Below are positions 1-10,898 of a stretch of 64,000 bases of DNA, piece after piece (the first letter of the stretch is position 1; each line of letters opens with the position of its first letter). The notes beneath the pieces are model-generated. The model was not told the DNA's origin. It worked only from the letters and a program-made list of their open reading frames with translations, and searched no databases. Origin of the DNA: Betaproteobacteria bacterium. GTDB taxonomy: Bacteria > Pseudomonadota > Gammaproteobacteria > Burkholderiales > Burkholderiaceae_C. Position numbers and translations under genes: made by a program. The DNA lies in NCBI GenBank assembly GCA_046094505.1, contig JBJTHN010000028.1, positions 48,379-112,378 of the forward strand. The letters run 5' to 3'.

Positions 1-263
1 TCGGAAAGGTCTAGACCGGCGCAAAAGTGACTGCCCTGCCCGCTGATCATGACCGCGCGCACGCCCTCGGGCATGTTCACGAAGACGGTGTGCAGTTGCT
101 GAATGAAGGGGTCGGACAGCGCGTTGCGCTTGGCCGGGCGGTTGAGCTGCAGGTGCAGCACCGGACCCGTGCGGGTGATGCGCAGCAGGTCCAGGCTGGC
201 CAGCAGGCCCTTGACAGGCTGCTCGGCGTCACGGGCGCCGGCAGCAGGATCGACAGCGTTCAT
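1..263 (-). CDS. enoyl-CoA hydratase/isomerase (crotonase) family protein, N-terminal part only (gene runs off the window start)
   Basis: Own translation of the minus strand from ATG at 263: MNAVDPAAGARDAEQPVKGLLASLDLLRITRTGPVLHLQLNRPAKRNALSDPFIQQLHTVFVNMPEGVRAVMISGQGSHFCAGLDLS. NRPxxxNAL and FCAGxDL are classic crotonase motifs. It is absent from the ORF track because it is open at the edge. Confidence 0.75.
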   Translation of the reverse strand, partial: MNAVDPAAGARDAEQPVKGLLASLDLLRITRTGPVLHLQLNRPAKRNALSDPFIQQLHTVFVNMPEGVRAVMISGQGSHFCAGLDLS

Positions 264-302
264 GGCTCGCTTTAGGTGAAGGATTCAAAGGGCAGAACGC
301 GA

Positions 303-327
303 ATTTATTTCAAATTCAGAAATAAAT
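303..327. promoter_or_regulatory. perfect 9-bp inverted repeat ATTTATTTC-N7-GAAATAAAT in an AT-rich island upstream of the crotonase gene; candidate operator
   Basis: Read directly: atttatttc aaattca gaaataaat. It lies 40-64 bp upstream of the ATG at 263 and 68 bp downstream of the DUF885 stop. The island is strongly AT-rich in an otherwise GC-rich window. Confidence 0.4.
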
Positions 328-394
328 CCAGCCGCCGTATGGGCCCCGGCGTCAACAGCGCTGTGCAGCGGGCCCGCGCAAGCCGGACAGCGAC

Positions 395-2326
395 CTACCG
401 CCCCCCGAGCCGCTGCTGCCGTGCCAGCCACGCCGCCATATGCGACTCCAACACCGACAGCGGTACCGAGCCGGTGGAAAGCACGGCGTCGTTGAAGTCC
501 CTCAGGTCGAACCGATCACCCAGGGTGAGCTCAGCCTGCCGACGAAGCGCGCTGATGCGCAACTGCCCGATCTTGTAGGCCAGGGCTTGGCCGGGGGTGC
601 CGATGTAGCGGTCCACCTCGTTGACGATGTCTTGCTCGGTCTTGGCGGCGTTGGCCCGAAAGTAGTCGATGGCCTGTTGACGGGTCCAGCCCTTGGCATG
701 CAGGCCGGTGTCCACCACCAAGCGCACCGCGCGCCACATCTCGTACACGAGTTGACCGAAGCGGTCGTACGGGTCGTCGTACAGGCCCATGTCGTAGCCC
801 AGCTGTTCGGCATACAGGCCCCAGCCTTCACCATAGGCCACGAAGTACGCGGTTCTGCGGAAGGTGGGCGCATCGGCCAACTCCAAGCCAAGCGCGAACT
901 GATGGTGGTGGCCGGGCACGGCTTCGTGCAAGGTGAGCGGCACCATCTCCCAGGTGGGGCGCATCTCGGGTCGGTAGAGGTTCACATAGTAGTAGCCGGC
1001 TCGGCTGCCGTCATTGGCGCCTGGCTGGTAGTACGCGGTGGTGGTGTCGGGTGCCTGATGATCCGGAATCGGGCGCACGCCGTAGGGCAGGCGCGGCAGC
1101 TTGCGGAACACCTTCACCATCTGCGGATCGACTCGCTTAGAAACGGCCTCGTAGGCAGCCAGCAGCTCACCGGGCGTCTTCTTGTAGAAGCGCGGATCGG
1201 TGCGCAGGAACGTGAAGAAGGCCTCTAAAGACCCCGTGAAACCCGTCTCGGCCTTGACACCTTCCATCTCGGCGCGAATGCGCGCCACCTCGGTCAGACC
1301 GGTTTGGTGAATGGCTTGGGCGCTCAGCGAGGTCGTGGTGTAGGCATGGGCCAAAAAGCTGTAATAGGCCTGACCATCAGGCCGGGCCGTGGCGGCAATG
1401 CTCGTGCGGCACTGAGGCAGGTACTCCTCGCTGAAGTAGCGGCCGAAGGCACGGTACGCAGGGACCACCCGATCGCGGATCACCGACTGCGCCTCTTGGG
1501 CCAGTGCTTGGGCTTCGGCCGCTGCCAGCGATGGGGCCATGCGCTTGAAGGGCCGGTAGAAGGGGCTGGACGCCGGGTCGTCCACCACCTGCGCGGCAAT
1601 CTGCGCCGGCACGCGCTGCATCAGCACCTGCGGCGGTGTCAGGCCCGCCTTCACGCCTTCGCGCATCAAGGTGATGTGCTGCTCAAGGTACGTTGGCAAG
1701 GCAGCCAAACGGTTGATGTAGCGGCGGTAATCCGCGGCGCTGGAAAAGCGCAGCAAGTCGCCGATGCGGTCAGCGGTTTGCGGGCCGCTCTGGTGGCCCA
1801 CCGGCTGCAAATGTTCTTTGAAGTCCTGACGGCGGACCGCCTCCTGCTGCAACCAAGCGAAGGTGTCGTAGTGGAGTTGGTCGGCCGGCGAGAGCTTGTG
1901 CCGCGCAATGGCCTGCACGCGTTGCAAGGCCAAGCGGTCAGCCGCTTGGCGTGCGGCAATGGCCGGCAGGCTCAAGTCGGTCCAGCCCTCGGCACCGCGC
2001 CGGTCACCAAAGTACGCAGCTTCCTCGGGGTTCTGCCGCATGCGGCGTTCCCACTCGTCATCAAAGAGCCGGCGCAAGGCTTGCGCAGTGGCTGGGTCCG
2101 AGGCGGTGCGGGGCTTGGAGGGTGTGGCAGCGGGCAGCTTGGCCGCAGCCGGGGTGTGCGCCGAAGCTGGCGTTGGCGCTGGAGCTTGGGCTTGGGCTTG
2201 GGCTGCAGCGCCGGCGAACGCCGTTGTAGCCAAGGCCAAGGCCGCCATGGACCACGCCCCCAAGGAACAAGGGCGTGCGGCCCCTCGCAGCAGGCAGGCC
2301 GTGCGCGAGATCAGGACAGTCAACAT
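395..2326 (-). CDS. DUF885 family protein (secreted, putative metallopeptidase-like)
   Basis: 643-aa ORF with an N-terminal hydrophobic signal followed by an Ala/Gln/Pro-rich linker. It carries HEAVPGHHHQ and the GEGWGLYAE context typical of DUF885. The start could be an internal Met. Confidence 0.7.
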   Translation of the reverse strand: MLTVLISRTACLLRGAARPCSLGAWSMAALALATTAFAGAAAQAQAQAPAPTPASAHTPAAAKLPAATPSKPRTASDPATAQALRRLFDDEWERRMRQNPEEAAYFGDRRGAEGWTDLSLPAIAARQAADRLALQRVQAIARHKLSPADQLHYDTFAWLQQEAVRRQDFKEHLQPVGHQSGPQTADRIGDLLRFSSAADYRRYINRLAALPTYLEQHITLMREGVKAGLTPPQVLMQRVPAQIAAQVVDDPASSPFYRPFKRMAPSLAAAEAQALAQEAQSVIRDRVVPAYRAFGRYFSEEYLPQCRTSIAATARPDGQAYYSFLAHAYTTTSLSAQAIHQTGLTEVARIRAEMEGVKAETGFTGSLEAFFTFLRTDPRFYKKTPGELLAAYEAVSKRVDPQMVKVFRKLPRLPYGVRPIPDHQAPDTTTAYYQPGANDGSRAGYYYVNLYRPEMRPTWEMVPLTLHEAVPGHHHQFALGLELADAPTFRRTAYFVAYGEGWGLYAEQLGYDMGLYDDPYDRFGQLVYEMWRAVRLVVDTGLHAKGWTRQQAIDYFRANAAKTEQDIVNEVDRYIGTPGQALAYKIGQLRISALRRQAELTLGDRFDLRDFNDAVLSTGSVPLSVLESHMAAWLARQQRLGGR

Positions 2327-2386
2327 GGGAGCCCTCCGGTTTGGCCGGATTCTGACCCCATTCAGCCGAGCCGATCCGCGCCGGGT

Positions 2387-2787
2387 TCAGGCGCCCAGGA
2401 AAAACAGAACCACGCAGCAGGCCAGGCCCACCAGCCACAGCAGCGACCGCAGGTTCGCCCGGTCGGTCACATAGGCCCAGATGTAGCCCAAGCGGCACAG
2501 GATGAAGGCCAGGGCCAGTGCATCCACCGTGGCTTGTGCAGCCCCGCCGTGCTCGGCAATCAACACACCGGCGATGAACACCGGCAGGGCTTCGAAGCTG
2601 TTGTACTGGGCCGCATTGGCCCGCGCCTGAAAACCCTGCAGCCCTTCCAACCAAGCCCGAGGGTTGTGGTTGTCATAGCCGCCCTCGCGGCGCGGCTTGC
2701 CAAACCCACGTGATTTGGCGATGCCCGCGCACGCGATGGGCAGCAAACAGGCCAACAGGATGCAGGCGTGCGAGACGGTCATGATGC

Positions 2788-2791
<4 letters not shown>
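2387..2791 (-). CDS. MAPEG family membrane protein
   Basis: 134 aa with 3-4 hydrophobic helices. The NHNPRAW...RANAAQYNSFEALPVF...LCRLGYIWAY pattern matches bacterial MAPEG proteins. Its ATG overlaps the helicase stop as ATGA. Confidence 0.7.
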
Positions 2792-4269
<1,478 letters not shown>

Positions 4270-4597
4270 GAATTTCCAATCAAACAAGCAAAACACCACG
4301 CGCCTGGCCTGCCTGCGCCATGCACGGGTTCAGCAGATCAGCCCTTCAAGCAGGGTCTGTCCGCAGGTGAAGTCGCGAAGATGGAATTGGGGTCCGGCGG
4401 GCGTTCCAAACCAACCATGGAACGTGAGCCCGGGACGGTACCGGTGGGTCCGAAGCGACGGCATCGCCGCCGACCTGCACCAGGGAGTGTCAGCCAAACA
4501 TCGAATGCACGACGGGGCTGAAAGGTCAGAGGGGATGAAGAACTCAGAGTTTACCCTAAATCGCTCGGGCACGCAGGAGTGTCGTTACAGTTGCCCA

Positions 4598-5815
4598 ATG
4601 ACTGAGCGCATGAACCGACTGGGGGCCGCAATCGGCCTGATGGGTGCGCTGCTGAGCCTTGCAGCTTGCGGCGGCGGAACGGACAACAAGGCAGCGACCC
4701 CTGCACCGGCTGCCGCCTCAGGCCCAGCCGCTGCTCCACCGCCGCCGGCCGTGGGGGTGCTCAAGGTCGCGCCCGCTGACGTGGGGCTGCTCACCGAACT
4801 GCCCGGACGCACCGAGGCGTCTCGGGTGGCGCAGGTGCGCGCGCGTGCAGCGGGCATCCTCACCAAGCGGCTGTTCGACGAGGGCAGCGACGTGACCGCC
4901 GGCCAGCCGCTGTTCACCATCGACCCGGCGCCGTACCAAGCCGCTGTGGCCAGCGCGCAGGCCCAGGTGGCAAGGGCCGAGGCGGCCTTGATGCAGGCCC
5001 AGGCCAATGCGGACCGCGCTCGGCCGCTGCTCGAGGCCAAGGCCATCAGCGAGCAGGAATCGATCAATGCGCAGGCGGCCCGGCAGCAGGCCTTGGCCGA
5101 AGTGGCCGCCGCGCGCGCGGCCCTGCAAACGGCACAGCTGAACCTGGGCTATGCCAGCGTCAGCGCGCCCATCGCTGGGCGCATCGGCCGTGCTCAGGTC
5201 ACCGAGGGCGCTCTGGTGGGCCAAGGTGAAGCCACGCCGATGGCCCTGATTCAACAGGTCGACCCGCTGTATGTGAACTTCACACAGCCTGCGGCCGACG
5301 TGCTTCGCCTGCGTGCGGCCATTGCGCGCGGGCAGTTCAAGCAGGCTGGGCCCGAAGCGGCGTCGGTGACGCTGCACCTGGAGGACGGCAGCACGCACCC
5401 CCTGCCGGGCAAGCTCTTGTTCTCCGACCTCAGCGTGGACCCCACCACGGGGCAGATCACCCTGCGAGCCATCGTGCCCAACCCCAAGAAGACCCTGCTG
5501 CCGGGCTTGTTCGTTCGCGTTCGCGTGGAACAGGCCCAGGCCCCGGGCGCCATGCTCTTGCCCCAACAGGCCGTCAGCCGCGGCCCCCAAGGGGACACGG
5601 TGCGCGTGGTGGGCGAAGACGGCATGGTCGATGTGCGGCCCGTGAAGGTGGGGCCTGCGCGCGATGGGCAATGGGTGGTGCTGGAAGGCCTGAAGGCCGG
5701 CGAGCAGGTCATGGTGGATGGCTTTCAAAAGCTGCGCGGCAAAGGGCCCGTGAATCCGGTGCCCTGGACGCCAGCCAGCACAGCCTCACCGGCCAAGCCG
5801 CCCTCCAAAGGCTAG
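4598..5815 (+). CDS. RND efflux periplasmic adaptor (MexA/AcrA family lipoprotein)
   Basis: Start moved to MTERMNRLGAAIGLMGALLSLAACGG (lipobox LAAC). The body is typical membrane-fusion-protein sequence (QVRARAAGI..., LNLGYASVSAPIAGRIG). The upstream 110 codons of the ORF have no family resemblance. Confidence 0.88.
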   Translation: MTERMNRLGAAIGLMGALLSLAACGGGTDNKAATPAPAAASGPAAAPPPPAVGVLKVAPADVGLLTELPGRTEASRVAQVRARAAGILTKRLFDEGSDVTAGQPLFTIDPAPYQAAVASAQAQVARAEAALMQAQANADRARPLLEAKAISEQESINAQAARQQALAEVAAARAALQTAQLNLGYASVSAPIAGRIGRAQVTEGALVGQGEATPMALIQQVDPLYVNFTQPAADVLRLRAAIARGQFKQAGPEAASVTLHLEDGSTHPLPGKLLFSDLSVDPTTGQITLRAIVPNPKKTLLPGLFVRVRVEQAQAPGAMLLPQQAVSRGPQGDTVRVVGEDGMVDVRPVKVGPARDGQWVVLEGLKAGEQVMVDGFQKLRGKGPVNPVPWTPASTASPAKPPSKG

Positions 5816-5824
5816 GAGCGGCAC

Positions 5825-8800
5825 ATGGCGCCCTTCTTCATCAACCGCCCGGTCTTCGCCTGGGTCATCGCGCTGTTCGTCCTGGTGGGCGGCGGCGTGG
5901 CGGTCACGCAGTTGCCCGTGGCCCAGTACCCGCCGGTGGCCCCGCCCTCCATTTCGCTGAACGTCAGCTACCCGGGTGCTTCGGCCACCACCTTGGAGAA
6001 CACGGTCATCGCCCTGATCGAGCAGGAGATGAACGGCTCACCCGGCCTCGTGTACATGGAGTCGGTTGCGCAAGCCAACGGCTCGGGCTCGATCACCTTG
6101 AGTTACGAGCCGGGCACCAACCCCGACTTGGCGCAGGTGGATGTGCAGAACCGATTGGCCCGGGCCTCACCGCGACTGCCGGCTGCCGTGACACAGCAAG
6201 GCATACGGGTGGACAAGGCCAACCCGAACTTCCTGCTGTTCGTCGTGCTCTCGTCGGAAAACCCGGCCTTCGACCCCGTTGCCTTGGGCGACTATGCCGC
6301 GCGCACGGTGTTGCCCGAGCTTCAGCGGGTACCGGGCGTGGGCCAGGCCAACCTCTTTGGCACCGAGCGGGCCATGCGCATCTGGGTGGACCCGGTGAAG
6401 CTGCAGGGCTACCGAATGTCCATGCTGGACGTCAACTCGGCCATCGCACAACAGAACATCCAGGTCACCTCAGGCTCATTGGGCGAACAGCCGGCACTGC
6501 CCACGCAATTGGTCAGCGCCACGGTCACCGTTCAAGGGCAACTGACCTCGGTTGCGCAATTCGGCAACATCGTGTTGCGCGCCAACCCCGACGGCTCCTC
6601 GGTTCGCCTGCGTGATGTGGCCCGCATCGAATTGGGGGCGCAAAGCTATTCGCTGCGCACGCGGCTCAACGGCGAGCCCTCGGCCGGCATGTCGGTGCAA
6701 CTGGCTTCGGGAGCCAATGCACTGGAGACCGCCGATGCCATCCGCGCCAAGCTCAAACAGATCGAGCGGTTCTTTCCTGCGGGCGTGAAGGCGACGATTC
6801 CCTTTGACGGATCCCTGTTCATCCGCATTTCCATCGAGCAGGTGGCCAAGACACTGGTGGAAGCGGTGGCCTTGGTGTTCCTGGTGATGTTCCTGTTCCT
6901 GCAGAACATCCGCTACACCCTCATCCCGACCCTGGTGGTGCCGGTGTGTCTCCTGGGCACCTTCGCAGCGCTGCTGGCCATGGGTTTTTCCATCAATGTG
7001 CTGACCATGTTCGGCATGGTGCTGGTCATCGGCATCGTGGTGGATGACGCCATCGTGGTGGTCGAAAACGTCGAACGCATCATAAGCGAAGAGGGGCTGA
7101 GCCCCCGAGCGGCCACCCAGAAGGCGATGTCTCAGATCAGCGGGGCCATTGTGGGTGTGACGGTGGTGCTGGTGTCGGTGTTCATCCCGCTGGCTTTCTT
7201 CAGCGGGGCCATCGGCAACATCTACCGCCAGTTTGCGGCTGTCATGGTCACGGCCATTTTGCTGTCGGCCTTCCTGGCGCTGAGCTTCTCACCGGCCCTG
7301 TGCGCCACCTTGCTCAAGCCCGTGCAGGCGGGGCATCACCACGCCAAGGGCGGCTTCTTCGGTTGGTTCAACCGGGGCTATGCCCGCGCGGCAAGAGGCT
7401 ACGAAGGAGTGGTGGCGCGCATGCTTCGCAACTGCTGGCGCTACATGGTGATTTATGCGGCGGTGATTGGTGCTGCGGTGGTGATGTACACCCGGCTGCC
7501 CACGGCCTTCGTGCCCAATGAAGACCAGGGCAACATCCTGATCAACGTCTTGCTGCCACCAGGCGCCACACAGGAGCGGACCCTGGCGGTCATGAAGCAA
7601 GTCGAAGGTGTGATGCTCAAGCAGCCCGAGGTCAAGGCCATGACCAGTGTGCTGGGCTTCAACTTCTCGGGCTCCGGGCAAAACTCGGCCCTCAACTTCG
7701 TGGCGCTCAAGGATTGGGACGAACGGCCCGACCCCGAGCAATCGGCCCAGGCCCTGGTCAAGCGTGCACAGGGAATGCTGTCGGGCATCCGGGATGCCTT
7801 CATCTTCGTGGTGAGCCCGCCGCCGATCCGGGAACTGGGCCGGGCCAACGGTTTCGCCTTCCGCTTGCAAGACCGTGGCGGCGTGGGCCGCGAGGTGCTG
7901 CTGCAGGCCCGAAACCAGTTGTTGGGCGAAGCCCAGAAGAGCCCGTTGCTCAACGCGGTGCGCCCGGATGGGCTGGAGGATGCCGCCCAGGTGGAGCTGC
8001 AGATCGACCGCGACCGCGCCGCGGCCTTGGGGGTGGGCTTTGCGGCCATCAACAATGCCCTGGGTACCGCCTTGGGTTCGGCCTACATCAACGACTTTCT
8101 GAACGCCGGGCGGGTTCAGCGCGTGGTGGTGCAGGCCGATGCGCCCGCGCGCATGGAACCCGAAGACCTGCTGGCACTGCCCGTGCTGAACAACCGGGGC
8201 GAAAGCGTGCCCCTGGCCGCCTTTGCCAGCACCCGCTGGGTGACCGGCGCCATGCAGGCCGTGCGCTACAACGGCTACCCGGCCATGCGCGTGGCGGGCG
8301 AGCCGGCCAAGGGCGTGAGCACCGGGGAGGCCATTGCGGAGATGGAGCGCCTGGCCGTGCAACTGCCCAAGGGCATTGGCTACGAGTGGACCGGCCTGGC
8401 GCGCGAAGAAAAGCTCAGTGGGGCCACGGCCTACCTGCTGTTCTTCTTCTCGCTGCTGGCGGTGTTCTTGTGTTTGGCCGCGCTGTATGAAAGCTGGTCG
8501 ATTCCGCTGGCCGTGATCCTGGTGGTGCCGCTGGGTGTGTTGGGCACGGTGGCGGCCACGCTGATGCGCGGCCTTGAGAACGATGTGTTCTTCAAAGTCG
8601 GCATGATCACCATCATCGGCCTGTCGGCCAAGAACGCCGTGCTGATCATCGAATTCGCCAAGGACCTGCACGCACAGGGCAAGGACCTGGTGGCCTCGGT
8701 GTTAGAGGCCGCACACCTGCGCCTGCGGCCCATCATCATGACCTCGCTGGCCTTCATTCTGGGCGTGCTACCCCTGGTATTGGCCAGTGGCGCGGGCTCT

Positions 8801-8983
8801 GCGGGCCAACGCTCCATCGGCACCGGTGTGATGGGTGGCATGGTGTCGGCCACGGTGTTGGCGGTGTTCATGGTGCCGGTGTTCTTCGTGGTGGTGCGCC
8901 GCCTGTTCAAGGGCAGCGAGCGGCAGCGGCAGCTCTACGCCCATGAGAACCCCGACAAACCGAAGGCGGAGGATTGGTCATGA
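5825..8983 (+). CDS. RND multidrug efflux permease (AcrB/MexB, HAE1 family)
   Basis: 1052 aa beginning MAPFFINRPVFAWVIALFV, with 12-TM architecture. VVDDAIVVVENVER and the overall length are typical. AGGAG lies 7 nt upstream of the ATG. Confidence 0.95.
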   Translation: MAPFFINRPVFAWVIALFVLVGGGVAVTQLPVAQYPPVAPPSISLNVSYPGASATTLENTVIALIEQEMNGSPGLVYMESVAQANGSGSITLSYEPGTNPDLAQVDVQNRLARASPRLPAAVTQQGIRVDKANPNFLLFVVLSSENPAFDPVALGDYAARTVLPELQRVPGVGQANLFGTERAMRIWVDPVKLQGYRMSMLDVNSAIAQQNIQVTSGSLGEQPALPTQLVSATVTVQGQLTSVAQFGNIVLRANPDGSSVRLRDVARIELGAQSYSLRTRLNGEPSAGMSVQLASGANALETADAIRAKLKQIERFFPAGVKATIPFDGSLFIRISIEQVAKTLVEAVALVFLVMFLFLQNIRYTLIPTLVVPVCLLGTFAALLAMGFSINVLTMFGMVLVIGIVVDDAIVVVENVERIISEEGLSPRAATQKAMSQISGAIVGVTVVLVSVFIPLAFFSGAIGNIYRQFAAVMVTAILLSAFLALSFSPALCATLLKPVQAGHHHAKGGFFGWFNRGYARAARGYEGVVARMLRNCWRYMVIYAAVIGAAVVMYTRLPTAFVPNEDQGNILINVLLPPGATQERTLAVMKQVEGVMLKQPEVKAMTSVLGFNFSGSGQNSALNFVALKDWDERPDPEQSAQALVKRAQGMLSGIRDAFIFVVSPPPIRELGRANGFAFRLQDRGGVGREVLLQARNQLLGEAQKSPLLNAVRPDGLEDAAQVELQIDRDRAAALGVGFAAINNALGTALGSAYINDFLNAGRVQRVVVQADAPARMEPEDLLALPVLNNRGESVPLAAFASTRWVTGAMQAVRYNGYPAMRVAGEPAKGVSTGEAIAEMERLAVQLPKGIGYEWTGLAREEKLSGATAYLLFFFSLLAVFLCLAALYESWSIPLAVILVVPLGVLGTVAATLMRGLENDVFFKVGMITIIGLSAKNAVLIIEFAKDLHAQGKDLVASVLEAAHLRLRPIIMTSLAFILGVLPLVLASGAGSAGQRSIGTGVMGGMVSATVLAVFMVPVFFVVVRRLFKGSERQRQLYAHENPDKPKAEDWS

Positions 8984-10554
8984 GCGCGCGGCAGCGGCGG
9001 CAGGCCCGCGCGGTGGCCGGTGGCTCGGCATCGGCCTGTCATTCGGTGTGGGCCCTGGCCCGTTTGGCCGCTGCAGCCCTGGGCGCCTGCAGCTTGGTGG
9101 CCTGCACCACGACTCTCGTGGCGCCCACCGCCCTGAACGATGCGCAGCTGATCGCACCGCACTTTGCGGGCCCGGCGGCGGATCCGGGCGGCACAGCCGG
9201 GGCCGTGGGCGAGTCCGGCTCTGCGGCCTCATCCCCACCAGCCGCGCTTGGGGTATGGGACCAGTTCTTCACCGATCCTGCGCTGCAGGCCTTGATCCGC
9301 CTGGCACTGGAGCACAACCGCGACCTTCGCGTGGCCGCGCTGAACGTGGAGCAGGCCCGTGCACAGGCCGCCATACGCGAAGCCGATCTGTGGCCCACCG
9401 TCAACGCCGGCCTGGGCGGCAACCGATTGCCCACCAACTCGGGCGGCGTCAGCACCACCTTCACCGGCGGCCTGGCCACCACCGCCTACGAGCTAGACCT
9501 CTTCGGGCGTGTGCGCCAGCAAGCAGCCGCGGCCCAGGCCCAATTGCGCGCCAGCGAGTTTCTGCAGTCTGCGGCGCGCTCCAGCTTGGTCGCCGCCGTG
9601 GCGGCGGCCTATGTGAACGTCCAGGCCGATGAAGCCCTGCTGCGCATCACCCAGGACACCGTGCGCAGCCGAGAAGAGAGCCGGCAGATCGTGCTGGGCC
9701 GGGTGAAGGCCGGCGCCGCTTCCCATGTGGACTTGGCACAGGCCGATGCATTGGTGCAAGCCGCGCGTGCCGCCTGGGCCCAGGTGCAGCGCCAGAAGGC
9801 TTTGGATGAAAGTGCCCTGGTGCTGCTGGTCGGGCGCCCGCTGCCCGAGCCCTTGGTGCCGGCTCGGGCCCAGGGCGCGGCTGGCCCCCCAGCGGCCAGC
9901 CTGCAGGCCACGCTGATCGCTTGGCTGGGCCAAGCGGCACGGGGCGACAGCGCACCCCTGCCGGGCCTGCGGGTGCTGCAGGCCGGTGTGCCCTCTGAGG
10001 TGCTGGCCCGTAGGCCCGACATCGGCGCGGCCGAAGCCCAGTTGCGCGCCGCACAGGCCAACGTGGAAGCTGCGCGCAGGGCGTACTTCCCGCGGATCGC
10101 GCTGACGGCCTCGTATGGCCAAGCCAGCAAGGAGCTCTCGGCCCTGTTTGCCGGCGGCACCTGGGTGTGGGGCGTGGCGCCTCAGTTGATTGCACCCATC
10201 TTCGACGCCGGCCGGTTGCGCGCCGGGGTGCAACAAGCCCAAGCCGTGCAGCAGTCGGCCCTGGCCCAGTACGACAAGACGGTGCAGGTGGCGTTCAAAG
10301 AAGTGAGCGATGCGCTGGCCTCACAGACCCTGCTGGCCCAGCAGTTGCAGGCCCTGCAGCTTCAAGTGCGCGCCGAAACCCAGCGTGTGGGCTTGGCCCA
10401 GTCGCGTTGGCAATGGGGCGCCACGGCCTACGGCGAGGTGCTGGATGCGCAGCGCTCGCTGTATGCCGCCCAAACGGCCCTGGTGCAAAGCGCCGCGCTG
10501 GCGCTGATCAACCAAGCCACCCTGTACAAGGTGTTGGGGGGCGGCCTACCCTGA
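8980..10554 (+). CDS. RND efflux outer-membrane factor lipoprotein (NodT/OprM family)
   Basis: Lipobox LVAC near the N-terminus and a duplicated OEP-type repeat sequence (RPDIGAAEAQLRAAQANVEAARRAYFPRIALTASYG). The ATG at 8980 overlaps the pump stop as ATGA and is preceded by GGAGGA. The track start at 8974 is TTG. Confidence 0.9.
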   Translation: MSARQRRQARAVAGGSASACHSVWALARLAAAALGACSLVACTTTLVAPTALNDAQLIAPHFAGPAADPGGTAGAVGESGSAASSPPAALGVWDQFFTDPALQALIRLALEHNRDLRVAALNVEQARAQAAIREADLWPTVNAGLGGNRLPTNSGGVSTTFTGGLATTAYELDLFGRVRQQAAAAQAQLRASEFLQSAARSSLVAAVAAAYVNVQADEALLRITQDTVRSREESRQIVLGRVKAGAASHVDLAQADALVQAARAAWAQVQRQKALDESALVLLVGRPLPEPLVPARAQGAAGPPAASLQATLIAWLGQAARGDSAPLPGLRVLQAGVPSEVLARRPDIGAAEAQLRAAQANVEAARRAYFPRIALTASYGQASKELSALFAGGTWVWGVAPQLIAPIFDAGRLRAGVQQAQAVQQSALAQYDKTVQVAFKEVSDALASQTLLAQQLQALQLQVRAETQRVGLAQSRWQWGATAYGEVLDAQRSLYAAQTALVQSAALALINQATLYKVLGGGLP

Positions 10555-10639
10555 TCACCGGGCAATGCCCGAGTGCGGGCAGCCCTGCCCGCAATGATGC
10601 AAGCTGCGCCCCTTCGCAGGCCCCACGAAGCTCCCGACC

Positions 10640-10898
10640 ATGCCCCACTTGTCCGCCTCTGCTGCGCTGTCGCGCTTTCGTGTGATCGACCTCAGCCGGG
10701 CGTCGGCTGCGGGTGTTTGTGGAGCATGCCATTGGCTCGCTGCAACGCCCCATGAGCGATGCGGCCTTGGCCGACAAGTTCCATGCGCAGGCCGATGCGG
10801 TCTTGGGCCGGCATTGCGTTCAGGCGCTCGTGCAAATGTGTTGGCAGGTGGCGCAGCTGCCGCAAGCCCGCGCGCTGAGCTCAGCGGCCGCCGGCTGA
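10640..10898 (+). pseudogene. relic of the C-terminal ~85 codons of an MmgE/PrpD-family (2-methylcitrate dehydratase-like) gene
   Basis: VEHAIGSLQRPMSDAALADKFHAQA resembles the PrpD C-terminus (E. coli VEYPIGHARRRQDGIPKLVDKF as I recall it). A stop codon lies 27 nt upstream in that frame. A possible preceding strand (RFRVIDLSRASAAGV) is in another frame. No N-terminal ~400 aa is present. Confidence 0.45.

Noticed and set aside
2184-2204. (GCTTGG)x3 hexanucleotide repeat inside the DUF885 gene as a phase-variation tract.
   Set aside because: The unit is 6 bp, so it is in-frame and encodes (AQ)n in a low-complexity linker after the signal peptide. There are only three copies. Slippage would change linker length, not switch expression.
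4330-4572. An 80-aa minus-strand ORF in the rhlE/RND spacer as a possible small regulator.
   Set aside because: It has no recognisable HTH or family motif and its composition looks non-coding. It lies within the probable helicase 5' leader.
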